DNA of 64,000 bases from an uncultured Gemmatimonadales bacterium (GTDB lineage Bacteria > Gemmatimonadota > Gemmatimonadetes > Gemmatimonadales > Gemmatimonadaceae). The stretch covers positions 32,001 to 96,000 of the forward strand of contig CAWKNZ010000009.1 of the NCBI GenBank assembly GCA_963851265.1. The letters are read 5' to 3'. The notes beneath the pieces are model-generated. The model was not told where the DNA came from, did not search any database, and saw nothing but the letters and a program-made list of their open reading frames with translations. Positions 20,801 to 30,736 of the stretch are shown here, one piece after another (position 1 is the stretch's first letter; each line of letters begins with the position of its first letter). Position numbers and translations under genes: made by a program.

Positions 20801-21097
20801 CGCGCCGACGCGAGCCTCGCGCAGGACGTGTTCCGTCCGATCGCGGGGAAGCGCAACACGGTGCAGCTCCGCCTCGACGTGTTCAACCTCACCAACCTGC
20901 TGAGCCACAGCTGGGGCGTGGGGCAGCAGATCGTGACCACGCAGCCGCTGGTCGCCGCCGGCGCCGACGCCAACGGCGCCGCGCTCTACCGGCTCCGAGT
21001 CGTCAACAACCAGCTGCTTTCCAGCACCTACCAGCGCACGGCGGGGCTCGGCGACGTGTACCGCATGCAACTCGGGGTGCGGTACACGTTTCAGTGA
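17804..21097 (+). CDS. TonB-dependent receptor, Oar-like
   Basis: Signal peptide, carboxypeptidase-regulatory-like N-domain, plug (NNTTVDG, PYDVRQG, NAVTRSGTN), SPRLGFNWD, C-terminal QLGVRYTF. 1097 aa. Confidence 0.92.
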   Translation: MRLTFWPAAAGALALAAAVPSRAQITTTASLAGRVTVAAGAAPLGSAQVVAVHRPSGTTYRGTTRADGRFTIQGMRVGGPYQVTVRALGYAPTVRDNVTLDLGTEVDLAFVLSPVAARLTTVEVQATTAGALDAARTGAATNVERATIATLPTISRTINDFTRLTPQASSSGNSFAGQDSRFNNTTVDGAFFNNNFGLGTGQPGGRTNVAPIPLDAIDQIQVNVAPYDVRQGYFTGAGVNAVTRSGTNNIEGSLYYFGRNQSFVGREAAGQRFDPGTFKFGQGGARLGGPILRDRLFFFANYEDDRQTQPGNTYLPSAAGQTAGGNTTRVLSTDVQRVSDFLLQKFNYQTGPVTGYSAATPSRRFLGKLDFNANDQNKLSLRYIALNSSSDFPASNSNSLGFGNRRSNLTSLSYANSGYSIDENIRSVVGEWNSQLAGGRFANNFIGGYTSNDESRGYKGAIFPTVDILQQGTTYLNFGFEPFTPDNQLRYNTFQLQDNVTAYAGAHELTVGAQFERYHSENVFFPGSQSVYVYNSIDDFFADANGYLANPNRTTSPVSVRRFQVRYNNIPGQAEPLQPLRVQTYGAYAQDQWRAAPGLQLTLGVRVDVPKFQPTGFINPQANALTFRDDAGAAVQYQTQKLPDANVLFSPRLGFNWDVRGDRSTQLRGGTGIFSGQPAYVWISNQIGQNGIQTGFDQFDNTTARPFNPNPDAYKPATVTGAPAASYELDFTDPRFKFPQQWRSSVAVDQRLPGGVVATGEFLYGRDVNGVYYINANLPAPQGKFTGADQRPRWLATTPGVNPTRINQNITAAYVLKNENVGRNYDAAVSLEKSFRAGVYVKAGYNYAVAKNTIDPGSIASGSWSGNPVARDPNNPGLGYSQYSPGSRAFLAVSLRREYFRFGATTLSIFGDYSTQGNASYVFGGDLNGDGAVGNDLIYVPRDRSEMNFAPIAATASAPAFTVQQQQDAWEHYITQDAYLRGRRGQYAERNAVFLPMVFRADASLAQDVFRPIAGKRNTVQLRLDVFNLTNLLSHSWGVGQQIVTTQPLVAAGADANGAALYRLRVVNNQLLSSTYQRTAGLGDVYRMQLGVRYTFQ

Positions 21098-21121
21098 CGC
21101 GGGGGCGGAGCGGGTCCGGCG

Positions 21122-21517
21122 TTAGGCGGTGGCGCGCGTGACGCCCGCCGCCGACGGCGTCCGGCGCGGGTTCGGCGTCCTGCGCGCGCGCTCCACCACG
21201 GCGGCCTGGTACGCGTGCCCGGTCACGCGCCAGAGGTAGAGCAGGAGTGCGACCGCCTGCGGCTCGTCGTCACGCGCGCCGGCCGCGTGCGGCGCGCCCC
21301 CGCGCTGCGATTCCGCGAGGTCGCTGACGAGGGCCAGCAGGTCGTCGAATTCGAGACCGGCATCGCAGGCCGTACGGCCGAGGACCGCGGCCGCGGCTTC
21401 GAGGTCGGCGAGTGCAGGGGGTGAGAACTCGCCATGATCGGCGGCACGGGCGAGGGCGTGCGAGGTGGCCGCGGCGGGGGCGGCGAGCGGGCCGGCGACG
21501 GGCAGGTGGAAAGCCAT
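21122..21517 (-). CDS. Hypothetical protein
   Basis: Helical, protein-like sequence (LEFDDLLALVSDL...LLLYLWRV) with normal codon bias. Confidence 0.5.
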   Translation of the reverse strand: MAFHLPVAGPLAAPAAATSHALARAADHGEFSPPALADLEAAAAVLGRTACDAGLEFDDLLALVSDLAESQRGGAPHAAGARDDEPQAVALLLYLWRVTGHAYQAAVVERARRTPNPRRTPSAAGVTRATA

Positions 21518-21888
21518 GACACTGACGCTAGTGCGGGCGGCGCGGCGCGCCGCCCGCACGGCCGTCGCGAGTCGGCGACAAATACGTCACGGCGGCAGGC
21601 CCGACCGGCGTGGCGGACCGTCCGCGATGCGCCGTCCCGCTCGCGACGCGTCCTCCCGCACCGCGTCGCGACGGCGCGGTCCGGATGGCCGCGACGACGT
21701 TAGCTCGCGCCGACGCACGGGGCCGTCCCGGCCCGTACGACCGCGTATGTCGACGGCACAAAGAACTGTCCCGAGGGGCAATCCGTGACCGGGCGGTAGC
21801 GATGACGTGACACCACGCCGCGAGCGTGGCGTTCGGTCCTGCGGGCGAGTGCCCGTGCGGACCCCACCTGCCGTCGTGAGGTCGTCGC

Positions 21889-23457
21889 ATGCCCCGCTCC
21901 CGCAGTCGTGTCCCGACGCTGCTCACCGCCTGCGCGAGCGCCGCGCTGGCCGCCTGCGCCGACGCGCCCTCCGCGCCGGCTGCACTCGCGCGCACCGATG
22001 GCGAGACGCCGCAGGCGACCGCCGCGGCCATCACGCACGTGCTGCTGCTCAGCATCGACGGCATGCACCAGGCCGACCTCGACCGGTACGTCCGCCTCAA
22101 CCCGACGTCGGCGCTCGCGCAGCTCGCCGCATCGGGCCTGACCTACACGAGCGCGGCGACCAGCCGGCCGTCGGACTCGTTCCCCGGACTGCTGTCGATG
22201 GTCACCGGCGGATCGCCGCTGTCGACCGGCGTCTACTACGACGACTCGTACGACCGCCGGCTCGCCGCGCCGGGGTCGGACTGCTCGGTGCGCGGGACGG
22301 AGGTCGTCTACGACGAGTCGATCGACGTCAACTCCAACGCCCTCGACGCCGGCGGCGGCATCGACCCGTCCGCGCTGCCGCGCGACCCCGACCGCGGGTG
22401 CGCCCCGGTCTACCCGCACCAGTTCGTCCGCGTCAACAACATCTTCGAGGTCGCCAAGGCGGCGGGGCTCCGCACGGCGTGGTCGGACAAGCACCCGGCG
22501 TACGACATCCTCAACGGCCCGTCCGGCACGGGCGTCGACGATCTGTACAACCCCGAGATCGCCGCGGCCGGCGGCGTGTTCACCGCCGACGTGGCCGACG
22601 CGGTCCACTACGACACGCGCAAGGTCAAGGCGATCCTGAACGAGATCGACGGCCTCGACCACACCGGCGCGCGGCAGGTCGGCGTGCCGGCGCTGTTCGG
22701 GATGAACTTCCAGGCGGTGAGCGTCGGCCAGAAGACCGGCGGCTACACCGACGCGTCCGCGACGCCCACGGCCACGCTCGCCTCCGCGCTCGCGCGCACC
22801 GACGCCTCGATCGGGCAGATGCTCGCCGAGTTGACGGCGCAGGGGATCCGCTCGCAGACGTTGGTCATCGTCACGGCGAAGCACGGCCAGGCGCCGCTCA
22901 ACACGGCGATCCGCACCATCGTCAGCAACCGGCTGGTCCCGGCCATCGTCAACGGCGTCTCGGCCGGCCTCGTGGCCCAATCGACCGAGGACGACGTCGC
23001 CCTCCTCTGGCTCGCCGACCAGACGAAGACGCAGGCCGCGGTCGACGCGCTCAACGCGGCCCCCGCGAACGTCGGCGTCGCGTCGGTGCTGTCGGGCGGG
23101 GCGCTCGTCGCGCAGTTCGGGAACCCGCTCACCGACAGCCGGACCCCGGACGCGATCGTCATCACGCAGCCGGGCGTGATCTACGCGGGAGCGACGGCCA
23201 CGAAGACCGCCGAGCACGGCGGGTTCTCCGACGACGACGTGCACGTCCCGATCCTCGTGTCGGCCCCGGGGATCGCGGCCGCGCAGATCGGCAGCCCGGT
23301 CACCACCACGCAGATCGCGCCGAGCATCCTGCAGGCGCTCGGGCTGAACCCGCAGGCGCTCCAGGCCGTGCAGCGCGAGGGCACGTCGCTGCTGCCCGCG
23401 CTCGGCGCTGCGTTAGGCAGCCGCACGTCCGCCGCGTCCGCCGCGCGCGCGCGGTGA
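21889..23457 (+). CDS. Alkaline phosphatase superfamily (type I phosphodiesterase-like) lipoprotein
   Basis: LAAC lipobox, VLLLSIDG, PSDSFPG nucleophile region, IVTAKHG, AEHGG. Confidence 0.82.
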   Translation: MPRSRSRVPTLLTACASAALAACADAPSAPAALARTDGETPQATAAAITHVLLLSIDGMHQADLDRYVRLNPTSALAQLAASGLTYTSAATSRPSDSFPGLLSMVTGGSPLSTGVYYDDSYDRRLAAPGSDCSVRGTEVVYDESIDVNSNALDAGGGIDPSALPRDPDRGCAPVYPHQFVRVNNIFEVAKAAGLRTAWSDKHPAYDILNGPSGTGVDDLYNPEIAAAGGVFTADVADAVHYDTRKVKAILNEIDGLDHTGARQVGVPALFGMNFQAVSVGQKTGGYTDASATPTATLASALARTDASIGQMLAELTAQGIRSQTLVIVTAKHGQAPLNTAIRTIVSNRLVPAIVNGVSAGLVAQSTEDDVALLWLADQTKTQAAVDALNAAPANVGVASVLSGGALVAQFGNPLTDSRTPDAIVITQPGVIYAGATATKTAEHGGFSDDDVHVPILVSAPGIAAAQIGSPVTTTQIAPSILQALGLNPQALQAVQREGTSLLPALGAALGSRTSAASAARAR

Positions 23458-23513
23458 CCGCCCCGCCGCCGTCCGTCCGTCGTCCTTCCGCCACCTCTCG
23501 TCAGGGATTTGAC

Positions 23514-24170
23514 ATGCGTCACTCTTTCGTCCGACACGTCGCCGGCCTCACCGCGACTCGTCTCGGCGCCGTGGTCGGTGCCGCCTTCGCCGGTGCCGCC
23601 GTTCTGGGCGCCGCACGTCCCGCCGCCGCGCAGGCGTCGAGCCAGTGCGCCGCCGTCGCGGGCAATCTCGTCGCGAACTGCGGCTTCGAGTCCGGCGGGT
23701 TCGACGGCTACACGCTCGCCGGCAACACCGCGAACAGTGGCGTCGACGCGTTCTCCGCGCACAGCGGCGGCTACGGCGCGTACGTGGGCAACCGCGGTGC
23801 CGCGCAGACGATCACCCAGACGCTCGCCACGACCGCGGGCGGGCGCTACACGTTCAGCTTCTTCCTGCTGAGCGAGGAGGCGCTCGGCGGCACGGCGTTC
23901 TTCCGCGCGTTCCTCGGCGGGCAGCAGGTGCTCGACCTCGAGAGCCAGGCGCCGCTCGCGTACACGCGCTATAGCTTCACTACGACGGCGACCGGCCCGG
24001 CGACCGACCTCCGGTTCGTCGTCCAGAACGACCTCTCGTTCTACGACCTCGACGACCTGAGCGTCGCGCCGGCCGCCACGACGACGCCCGAGCCCGCGGG
24101 CGTGGTGCTCGTCGGGGTCGGACTCCTCTCGCTCGCGGCGGCCGCACGCCGCCGGACGTCGCGGGCCTAA
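23514..24170 (+). CDS. PEP-CTERM-type exported protein with carbohydrate-binding-like domain
   Basis: Signal peptide, NLVANCGFESG, LDDLSV, TPEP + TM + RRR. Confidence 0.82.
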   Translation: MRHSFVRHVAGLTATRLGAVVGAAFAGAAVLGAARPAAAQASSQCAAVAGNLVANCGFESGGFDGYTLAGNTANSGVDAFSAHSGGYGAYVGNRGAAQTITQTLATTAGGRYTFSFFLLSEEALGGTAFFRAFLGGQQVLDLESQAPLAYTRYSFTTTATGPATDLRFVVQNDLSFYDLDDLSVAPAATTTPEPAGVVLVGVGLLSLAAAARRRTSRA

Positions 24171-24192
24171 CATCCTCGGCTGAGCGCCCCTC

Positions 24193-25611
24193 ATGCGTCA
24201 TCACGACCGCGCCGCCGCCGCGGCGGTCTCGCGCCGGGAGTTCCTCGCCGGCTCGGCCCTCGCGGCCGCCGCCGTTTCGTTAGGCTGCACGCGCACCCCG
24301 GAAGGGGTCCTCGCGCCCTCGGTGGGGGCGGCGGCCGCCGCCCGGGCGCGGTCCGCGGCCCTGGCGCTGCCGGCGCCCGCGCAGGCGGGCATCGACCACG
24401 TCGTCGTGGTGATGATGGAGAACCGCTCCTTCGACCACCTGCTCGGCTGGGTGCCCGGGGCGGACGGCCGCCAGGCCGGGCTCGCGTACGCCGACAAGGC
24501 AGGCGCGGTCCACGCCACGCACGCGCTCGCCCCCGACTTCCAGGGCTGCGGGCACCCCGACCCCGACCACTCGTACGACGGCGCGCGCGTCGCGTACGAC
24601 GGCGGCCGCTGCGACGGGTGGCTGCGGGCCGGGTCGAACGACAACTTCTCCATCGGCTACTATCAGCAGCAGGACCTCGCGTTCCTCGGCCGCGCGGTGC
24701 CCGACTGGGCGACCTCCGACCGCTACTTCGCGGCGATCCTCGGGCCCACGTTCCCGAACCGGATGTACCAGCACGCGGCGCAGACCGACCGGACGGGCGA
24801 CACGTTCGCGATCTCGAAGCTGCCGACGATCTGGGACCGGCTCGCGGCGCGCGGCCTCACGGGACGGTACTACTACACCGACCTGCCCTTCGTCGCGCTC
24901 TGGGGCTTCAAGTACCTATCCATCGCGCGCCCCGCCGGCGACTTCTTCGCGGCGTGCGCGTCGGGTAACCTGCCCCAGGTCTCGTTCCTCGACCAGAGCT
25001 TCGTCGGCGAGTTCACCGGGACCGGCAGCGACGATCATCCGCACGCCGACGTGCGCGCGGGCGAGCACTTCCTGAACACCGTCTATCAGGCGGTGACGCA
25101 GGGGCCGGCGTGGCAGCGCACGCTCCTCGTGATCAACTTCGACGAGTGGGGCGGGTTCTTCGACCACGTGCCGCCGCCCGTCGCGCCGGTGCCGGCCGCG
25201 GACCGCGCGGCCGGCTTCACGGACGGTCTTCGCGGCTTCCGCACGCCGCTCGTCGTCGTCTCGCCGTACGCGCGGCGCGGGTACGTCGGCCACGACGTGC
25301 TGGACCACACGTCGGTGCTGCGCTTCATCGAATGGCGCTGGAATCTGGACCCGCTCACGGTGCGCGACGCCGGCGCGACCAACTTGGCCACGCTACTCGA
25401 CTTCGCAAACCCGAACGCGCACGCGCCGCAGTACACGGTGCCGAACGTCACCGGGAAGGTCTGCTTCGACCTGCCGTTCCTCGCGCGGACGGCCGAAGCG
25501 GGCGGGCCGCCGGCCGACGTGGGCGCATCGGTCGCCGGCGTGCGGGGGGCGGAGCAGCGGGCGGCGTTCCGCGCGCTCGCCGAGTCGCACGGGTTCGCGA
25601 CCGGCGGGTGA
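24193..25611 (+). CDS. Tat-exported phospholipase C / phosphoesterase
   Basis: SRREFL Tat motif, MMENRSFDH, GPTFPNR, DDHPH, FDEWGGFFDHVPPP. Confidence 0.9.
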   Translation: MRHHDRAAAAAVSRREFLAGSALAAAAVSLGCTRTPEGVLAPSVGAAAAARARSAALALPAPAQAGIDHVVVVMMENRSFDHLLGWVPGADGRQAGLAYADKAGAVHATHALAPDFQGCGHPDPDHSYDGARVAYDGGRCDGWLRAGSNDNFSIGYYQQQDLAFLGRAVPDWATSDRYFAAILGPTFPNRMYQHAAQTDRTGDTFAISKLPTIWDRLAARGLTGRYYYTDLPFVALWGFKYLSIARPAGDFFAACASGNLPQVSFLDQSFVGEFTGTGSDDHPHADVRAGEHFLNTVYQAVTQGPAWQRTLLVINFDEWGGFFDHVPPPVAPVPAADRAAGFTDGLRGFRTPLVVVSPYARRGYVGHDVLDHTSVLRFIEWRWNLDPLTVRDAGATNLATLLDFANPNAHAPQYTVPNVTGKVCFDLPFLARTAEAGGPPADVGASVAGVRGAEQRAAFRALAESHGFATGG

Positions 25612-25664
25612 CGGCGTGAGCGGCCTCGAACACGCGTCGGCGGTGGCCGCGTGCGCGAGGCCGC

Positions 25665-28646
25665 TCACGCGGCCACGGCCGCCGCGGGCTCCGTCGGCCC
25701 GGTCAGGAGCGCGCGCGCGTCGGCAGCGCTGAGCGGCCGCGCGAACAGGTATCCCTGCCCGAGCGCGCAGCCCAGCGCGGTCAGCGCCGCGTGTTGGGCC
25801 GCCGTCTCGACCCCCTCGGCCACCGTGGTGAGGCCGAGGGTCTGCCCGAGCGCGACGACCGTGCGGGCCAGCGCCGCGTCCGCGCCGCCGCGCGCGACGT
25901 GGTCGACGAAGCTCTTGTCGATCTTGAGCACGTCGACCGGAAACCGCTGCAGGTAGCTCAGCGACGAGTACCCGGTCCCGAAATCGTCGATCGCCAGCCG
26001 CACGCCGAGCGCCTTGAGGGCGTGGAGCACGTCGAGCGTGCGCGCGGTGTCGCGCATGAGCGCCGTCTCGGTGACTTCGAGCGTCACCCGGCCCGGCGCG
26101 ACGCCCGAGTCGGCGAGCGTCGCCTCCACGTCGGCCACGAGGTCCGGATCTTCGAGCTGCCGCCCGGAGACGTTGACGGCGAGGTGCACGGCGCTGCGCG
26201 GCACGTTCCCCGGCGCGGCCGTGACGGCGTCGTCCCAGGCGCGGAGCTGCCGGCACGCCGCGCGCAGCACCCACCGGCCGAGCGGGACGATGAGCCCGGT
26301 CTCTTCGGCCAGCGGAATGAATCGCGCGGGACTCACCACACCGCGGTGCGGGTGGTGCCACCGGAGCAGCGCCTCGAACTTGACCACGGCCCCGGTGTCG
26401 AGCGCGACGACGGGCTGGAACACGAGGTGGAAGTCGCCCGCGCGGGCGTCGCCGGCGTCCGGTGCCGCGTCCGCGACCGGTCCGTCGGCGCCGACGGCGG
26501 CGCGCAAATCCTGCTCGAGCGCGACGCGGTCGAGCATGGAGTCGCGCATCGCGGGCGCGAACGTCGCCGAACGGCCCTTCCCCGCCCCCTTGGCCGCATA
26601 CATCGCGGTGTCGGCGTCGCGCAGGACCTCGTCGGCGGTCACCCCGGGCTCGGCGTGCACCAGGCCCAGGCTGGCGCGGACCACCGTGGCGCCGCCGTCG
26701 AACACGAGGGGTTCGGCCAGGGCACGCGTGATGCGCGCGACCACGACGTCGGTGTCCTCGGGCGTGCTCAGGCCTTCCAGCAGGACCGCGAACTCGTCCC
26801 CGCCGAGCCGCGCCACCGTGTCGAAGCCGCGTGTCACCCGCCGCAGCCGGTCGGCCACGGCGACCAGGAGCGCGTCGCCGGCCGCGTGCCCGCGCGTGTC
26901 GTTGATCTGCTTGAAGTCGTCGAGGTCGAGGGCGACGACCGCGACGTGTTCGGCGGCATGCCCCACCCGCCCCGAGTGGGCGCGCGCGAGGGCGTGCGTG
27001 ACGCGGTCCTGGAACTTCGCCCGGTTCGCGAGACCGGTGAGCGCGTCGTGATACGCCTGGTGCGCGAGCTCGGCTTCGAGCGCGGCGCGCTCCGAGACGT
27101 CGCGCACGGTGAGCACCACGCCGCGGACGGCCGGCTCGCCGCTGAGGTCGACCGCGATCGTCTCGGCCTGGCGCCACGCGCCGTCGGCGCGCCGCACGCG
27201 GTGCCGCAGGGTGACCGCCTCGCCCGGCCGCGCGCAGAGCGCGGCGATCCCGGCCCGCACGCCGCCGACGTCGTCCGGGTGGAGCACGTCGGAGAGCGGG
27301 CGGCCGACGAGCGCCTCGGGCGCGTGCCCGTACTGCGCCAGGAGCGACGCACTCACGTCGCACACGCGGGCGTCTCCGTCGGGGTCGCGGTGCACGACGA
27401 ACGTCACGTCGGAGGCGTGTTGCACCAGCGCGCGGAATCGCGCCTCGCTGTCGCGGAGCGCGTGCTCCGCCCGACGCGCGGCGGTGACGTCTCGGAAGCT
27501 GAAGACGCGCCCCACCACCGCGCCGTTCAGGAGCTGCGGCTGCGAGTGCCGTTCGACGACGCGCCCGTCCGTCAGGTGGAGCACGTCGTCGAACTCCATG
27601 TCGGGCGTGGCGGCAGCGCGGCGGATCGTGGCAGCGAACGCGTCGGGGTCGGCCAGCTGCGCGGTCACGTGCCGCATGACGGCCGGCGTGTCACCCGACG
27701 CCGCCAGCTCGGCGGAGAGCGCCCACATCTCGAGCAGCTGCGGATTGTACTGCACCGGACGGCCGGCCGGGTCGATCACCAGGATCGCGTCCGCGGTGGC
27801 ATCGAGCGTGGCCTCGAGCAGGGCACGCGTCCGCTCGCGCTCGCGCTCGGCCGTGCGGTAGGCGGTCACGTCGCGCAGGACGGTGAGAATTGCCGGTAGG
27901 CGCTCGTGGATCGTGCGGACGGACACCGCTTCGACCTCGCGCCAGGTGCCGTCGAAGGCCCGGAAGCGGTAGTCGGCCCGCACGGCGTCTCCGGGCGCGG
28001 CGTCGGCCGCGTCCGCACGGGTTTCGAGGATGGCGAGCCGCGAAGCGAAGCGCGCGCGGTCGGCGGGGTCGAGCCAGGCAATGAGTGGGCGCCCGAGCAC
28101 GGCGATCTGCGTCGACGCGCCGACCAGGTGGAGGTGCGCCGGATTCGCGTACAGGACGACCCCCGCCCGGTGCACCACGATCGCTTCCGGCGAGCGCTCG
28201 ACGAGCTGCCGGTAGTGTGCCTCGCTCTGTCGGAGCGCCGAGTCCCGGATCTCGGCGTCGCGCCGGGCCTCGACGTGACGCAGCACGTCCGTGTGGAGCG
28301 CGGCCTGTCGCGCGAGCGCGAGTCGCGCACAGAGCCCCGCGGCCGCGGCCCCGACCGCGATCGTGATCGCGTGCGACTGCCAGAGCGTGAGGTGCGGGAG
28401 GAGCGCGGTCTTGCTCGCCTCGTAGATGAAGAGGATGAGCGCCGCGGCGACCGTGACGCGACCGGCGGCGCCGCCAGCGTCACGACCGGGGTGCGGCGGC
28501 GAGGAGGATACCGACGGACGGGGCGCGGCGGCGTCGACGGCGGGTACGGGCACGGAAGGCGAGATGCGCGGGAGGAACAGGAAGGGAGCGCGCCTCGATG
28601 ACGCGCGCGGCAGGAACGGCGGCCCGGGCGTCACGACGTTGCGCAC
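25665..28646 (-). CDS. Membrane-anchored PAS/GGDEF/EAL diguanylate cyclase-phosphodiesterase
   Basis: Two N-terminal TMs, three PAS-like domains, [39 protein letters not shown]. True start is probably somewhat downstream. Confidence 0.92.
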   Translation of the reverse strand: MRNVVTPGPPFLPRASSRRAPFLFLPRISPSVPVPAVDAAAPRPSVSSSPPHPGRDAGGAAGRVTVAAALILFIYEASKTALLPHLTLWQSHAITIAVGAAAAGLCARLALARQAALHTDVLRHVEARRDAEIRDSALRQSEAHYRQLVERSPEAIVVHRAGVVLYANPAHLHLVGASTQIAVLGRPLIAWLDPADRARFASRLAILETRADAADAAPGDAVRADYRFRAFDGTWREVEAVSVRTIHERLPAILTVLRDVTAYRTAERERERTRALLEATLDATADAILVIDPAGRPVQYNPQLLEMWALSAELAASGDTPAVMRHVTAQLADPDAFAATIRRAAATPDMEFDDVLHLTDGRVVERHSQPQLLNGAVVGRVFSFRDVTAARRAEHALRDSEARFRALVQHASDVTFVVHRDPDGDARVCDVSASLLAQYGHAPEALVGRPLSDVLHPDDVGGVRAGIAALCARPGEAVTLRHRVRRADGAWRQAETIAVDLSGEPAVRGVVLTVRDVSERAALEAELAHQAYHDALTGLANRAKFQDRVTHALARAHSGRVGHAAEHVAVVALDLDDFKQINDTRGHAAGDALLVAVADRLRRVTRGFDTVARLGGDEFAVLLEGLSTPEDTDVVVARITRALAEPLVFDGGATVVRASLGLVHAEPGVTADEVLRDADTAMYAAKGAGKGRSATFAPAMRDSMLDRVALEQDLRAAVGADGPVADAAPDAGDARAGDFHLVFQPVVALDTGAVVKFEALLRWHHPHRGVVSPARFIPLAEETGLIVPLGRWVLRAACRQLRAWDDAVTAAPGNVPRSAVHLAVNVSGRQLEDPDLVADVEATLADSGVAPGRVTLEVTETALMRDTARTLDVLHALKALGVRLAIDDFGTGYSSLSYLQRFPVDVLKIDKSFVDHVARGGADAALARTVVALGQTLGLTTVAEGVETAAQHAALTALGCALGQGYLFARPLSAADARALLTGPTEPAAAVAA

Positions 28647-29004
28647 GTCAGCGACGACCGCGTGCGCGCGCGGAAACGCGAACGCGTGACCGTCGGCCCC
28701 ATCGTTACGATGGCGGTCCGATCGCCGAACGCGTGACGGAACCGCGGAGGGCTGGCGTGCCGCCCGGGGTGCCTAACGTTTCCGCGGCGCGTGCCGGCCG
28801 CGAGGCCGACCGGCGGGACGGCGCTGGGGGGCCGCGCTCCCGCCGCCGTAGCGCAATCGTGACGCGGCGGCCGGCGCGCGGCGGCCGCCGCCGCGTATGG
28901 TTTGTCGGCCCGGCACATCTTCGTGCGGCACGGGGCCAGGTGGCTGCGCGATCACCCCGATCCGCGGCGCCGGTCGCACGCCATCCTCGGAACGGGAAAG
29001 ACTC

Positions 29005-30555
29005 ATGTGGTCTCGGTTCACGATGCTCGGTACGCCGCTCGCCGCCGCCCTCGGTCTGGCCGCGTCGGCGCACGCTCAGCCGCAGCTGATCGTCTCGCGC
29101 ACCGTCTACCCGACCGGGGTGGCGATCCCGTCGATCACCCCCGGCCAGACCGTGTTGCCCAACGGCGCGCTCGCCACGGGTGACGGCAACTTCGCCAACG
29201 TGTTCAAGAACGAGACGCCGGACCCGTCGTTCGGCGTGGCCACCCCGATCATCATCGATCGACGCACCCTCACGGGCGCGATCGTCTCGAGCTACTCGCC
29301 CGGGGCGGGCACCTCACTGGTGACCAGCTTCTCGTCGAAGTCGGAGCTCGGCCTCAACGTGTCGCAGGACGGCCGGTACGTCAGCTTCATGGGTTATGCG
29401 GCGCCGCTCAACACGCTGGACGCGTCCAATGCCAACACGGCGTACTTCACCGACCCGAGCAACCCGGTCACCAACGTGGCCAACCGGATGCCGACCGTCG
29501 CGCGCGCGATCGGCGTGTTCGACCTCAGCACCGGCGCGATCGCGGCGACGCCGGTCAACGCGTACAGCGGCAACAACGGCCGCGCCGCCGTGCTGGCGTC
29601 CAACGGCAACTTCTACATGGCCGGGAACGCGGGGAACTCGAGCAACACGCCCGCGGCGATCGCCGGGTCGGTGTTCAGCAATCTGAGCGACAACACCGGC
29701 GTCCAGATGATCGCCCGGGGGAGCAGCGGCAACACGACCGTCGTGGGTGCGGTCAACGGCACGTTCGGCAGCGCGAACGGGTATCAACGCGGCTTCTCGA
29801 TCGCGCAGCTCGGCGTCGCCGCGGACAAGACTGGGAAGGACGACAACTTCCGCGGTATGACCCTCTACAACAACACGCTGTACGTCACCAAGGGGAGTGG
29901 TGGGAACGGCGTGAACACCGTGTACCAGGTGGGCGCGGCGGGCACGCTGCCCACGGCCGCGACGGCCGGGACGACCCCGATCTCGATCCTCCCCGGCTTT
30001 CCCACGCTGACCGCCGCGGGCGCGCCGAGCACGCTCACGCACCCGTTCGGGCTGTGGTTCGGCAACGCGAGCACGCTGTTCGTCGCCGACGAGGGTGACG
30101 GCACGATGAGCGGCGGCGCGAACGCCGGACTCGGCGAGTACAAGCTGCAGGCTGGCGTGTGGAACAAGATCGCGAACTTCACCAACGGGCTGATCGGCCA
30201 GGCGAGCTACTCCCAGGGGCTGCCCTGGAACGTCTTCACCGACGGGCTGCGCAACCTCACCGGCCTGGCGAACCCGGACGGCTCGTTCCAGCTCTGGGCG
30301 ACGACGGCAACGACCTCGAACGACACCGGGCACGATCTGGGCGCCGATCCGAACGAGCTGGTCACGATCACCGTGAACGCCGACGGCTCGGCCTCGCCGT
30401 TCAACATTCTTGAGACCGCGGCCGCCGGCGAGCGCATCGGCGGTGTGGCGATCGTGGACGCGGCGGTCGTTCCGGAACCGGAGACGTACGCGCTCATGCT
30501 GACCGGTCTCGCGGCGACAGGGGTGCTGGTGCGGAGGCGGCGGCAGCAGTCCTGA
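29005..30555 (+). CDS. PEP-CTERM surface protein (probable beta-propeller)
   Basis: Signal peptide ending AHA-Q, G/N/T-rich body, VPEPETYALMLTGL-TM-RRRR. Confidence 0.88.
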   Translation: MWSRFTMLGTPLAAALGLAASAHAQPQLIVSRTVYPTGVAIPSITPGQTVLPNGALATGDGNFANVFKNETPDPSFGVATPIIIDRRTLTGAIVSSYSPGAGTSLVTSFSSKSELGLNVSQDGRYVSFMGYAAPLNTLDASNANTAYFTDPSNPVTNVANRMPTVARAIGVFDLSTGAIAATPVNAYSGNNGRAAVLASNGNFYMAGNAGNSSNTPAAIAGSVFSNLSDNTGVQMIARGSSGNTTVVGAVNGTFGSANGYQRGFSIAQLGVAADKTGKDDNFRGMTLYNNTLYVTKGSGGNGVNTVYQVGAAGTLPTAATAGTTPISILPGFPTLTAAGAPSTLTHPFGLWFGNASTLFVADEGDGTMSGGANAGLGEYKLQAGVWNKIANFTNGLIGQASYSQGLPWNVFTDGLRNLTGLANPDGSFQLWATTATTSNDTGHDLGADPNELVTITVNADGSASPFNILETAAAGERIGGVAIVDAAVVPEPETYALMLTGLAATGVLVRRRRQQS

Positions 30556-30582
30556 GCTGTCGGGAACCGCGATCGGGGGCGA

Positions 30583-30607
30583 CCCGCGGTCACGGCGTGA
30601 CCGCGGG
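30583..30607. terminator. Strong inverted repeat downstream of the PEP-CTERM gene
   Basis: CCCGCGGTCAC-GGC-GTGACCGCGGG, with an outer CGATCGG/CCGATCG pair. No U-tract, so terminator function is uncertain. Confidence 0.45.
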
Positions 30608-30736
30608 CCGATCGGTGGACGGAGTGGCGTCTGGATCACGCCTGGCGCGGGCGTGCGCGCGCGCGCATCATGGCCCCGCTCCGCGGGCACGCTGACCGGC
30701 GGCGCGCCGCTCCCGCCACCCACGCTCGGAGGTTCC

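Noticed and set aside
17665..21141. Long alternative-frame and antisense ORFs (e.g. 17665-21141, 12806-14773, 51491-54061, 62104-63972)
   Set aside because: They are R/A/G/P-rich shadow ORFs expected at high GC and overlap well-supported genes.
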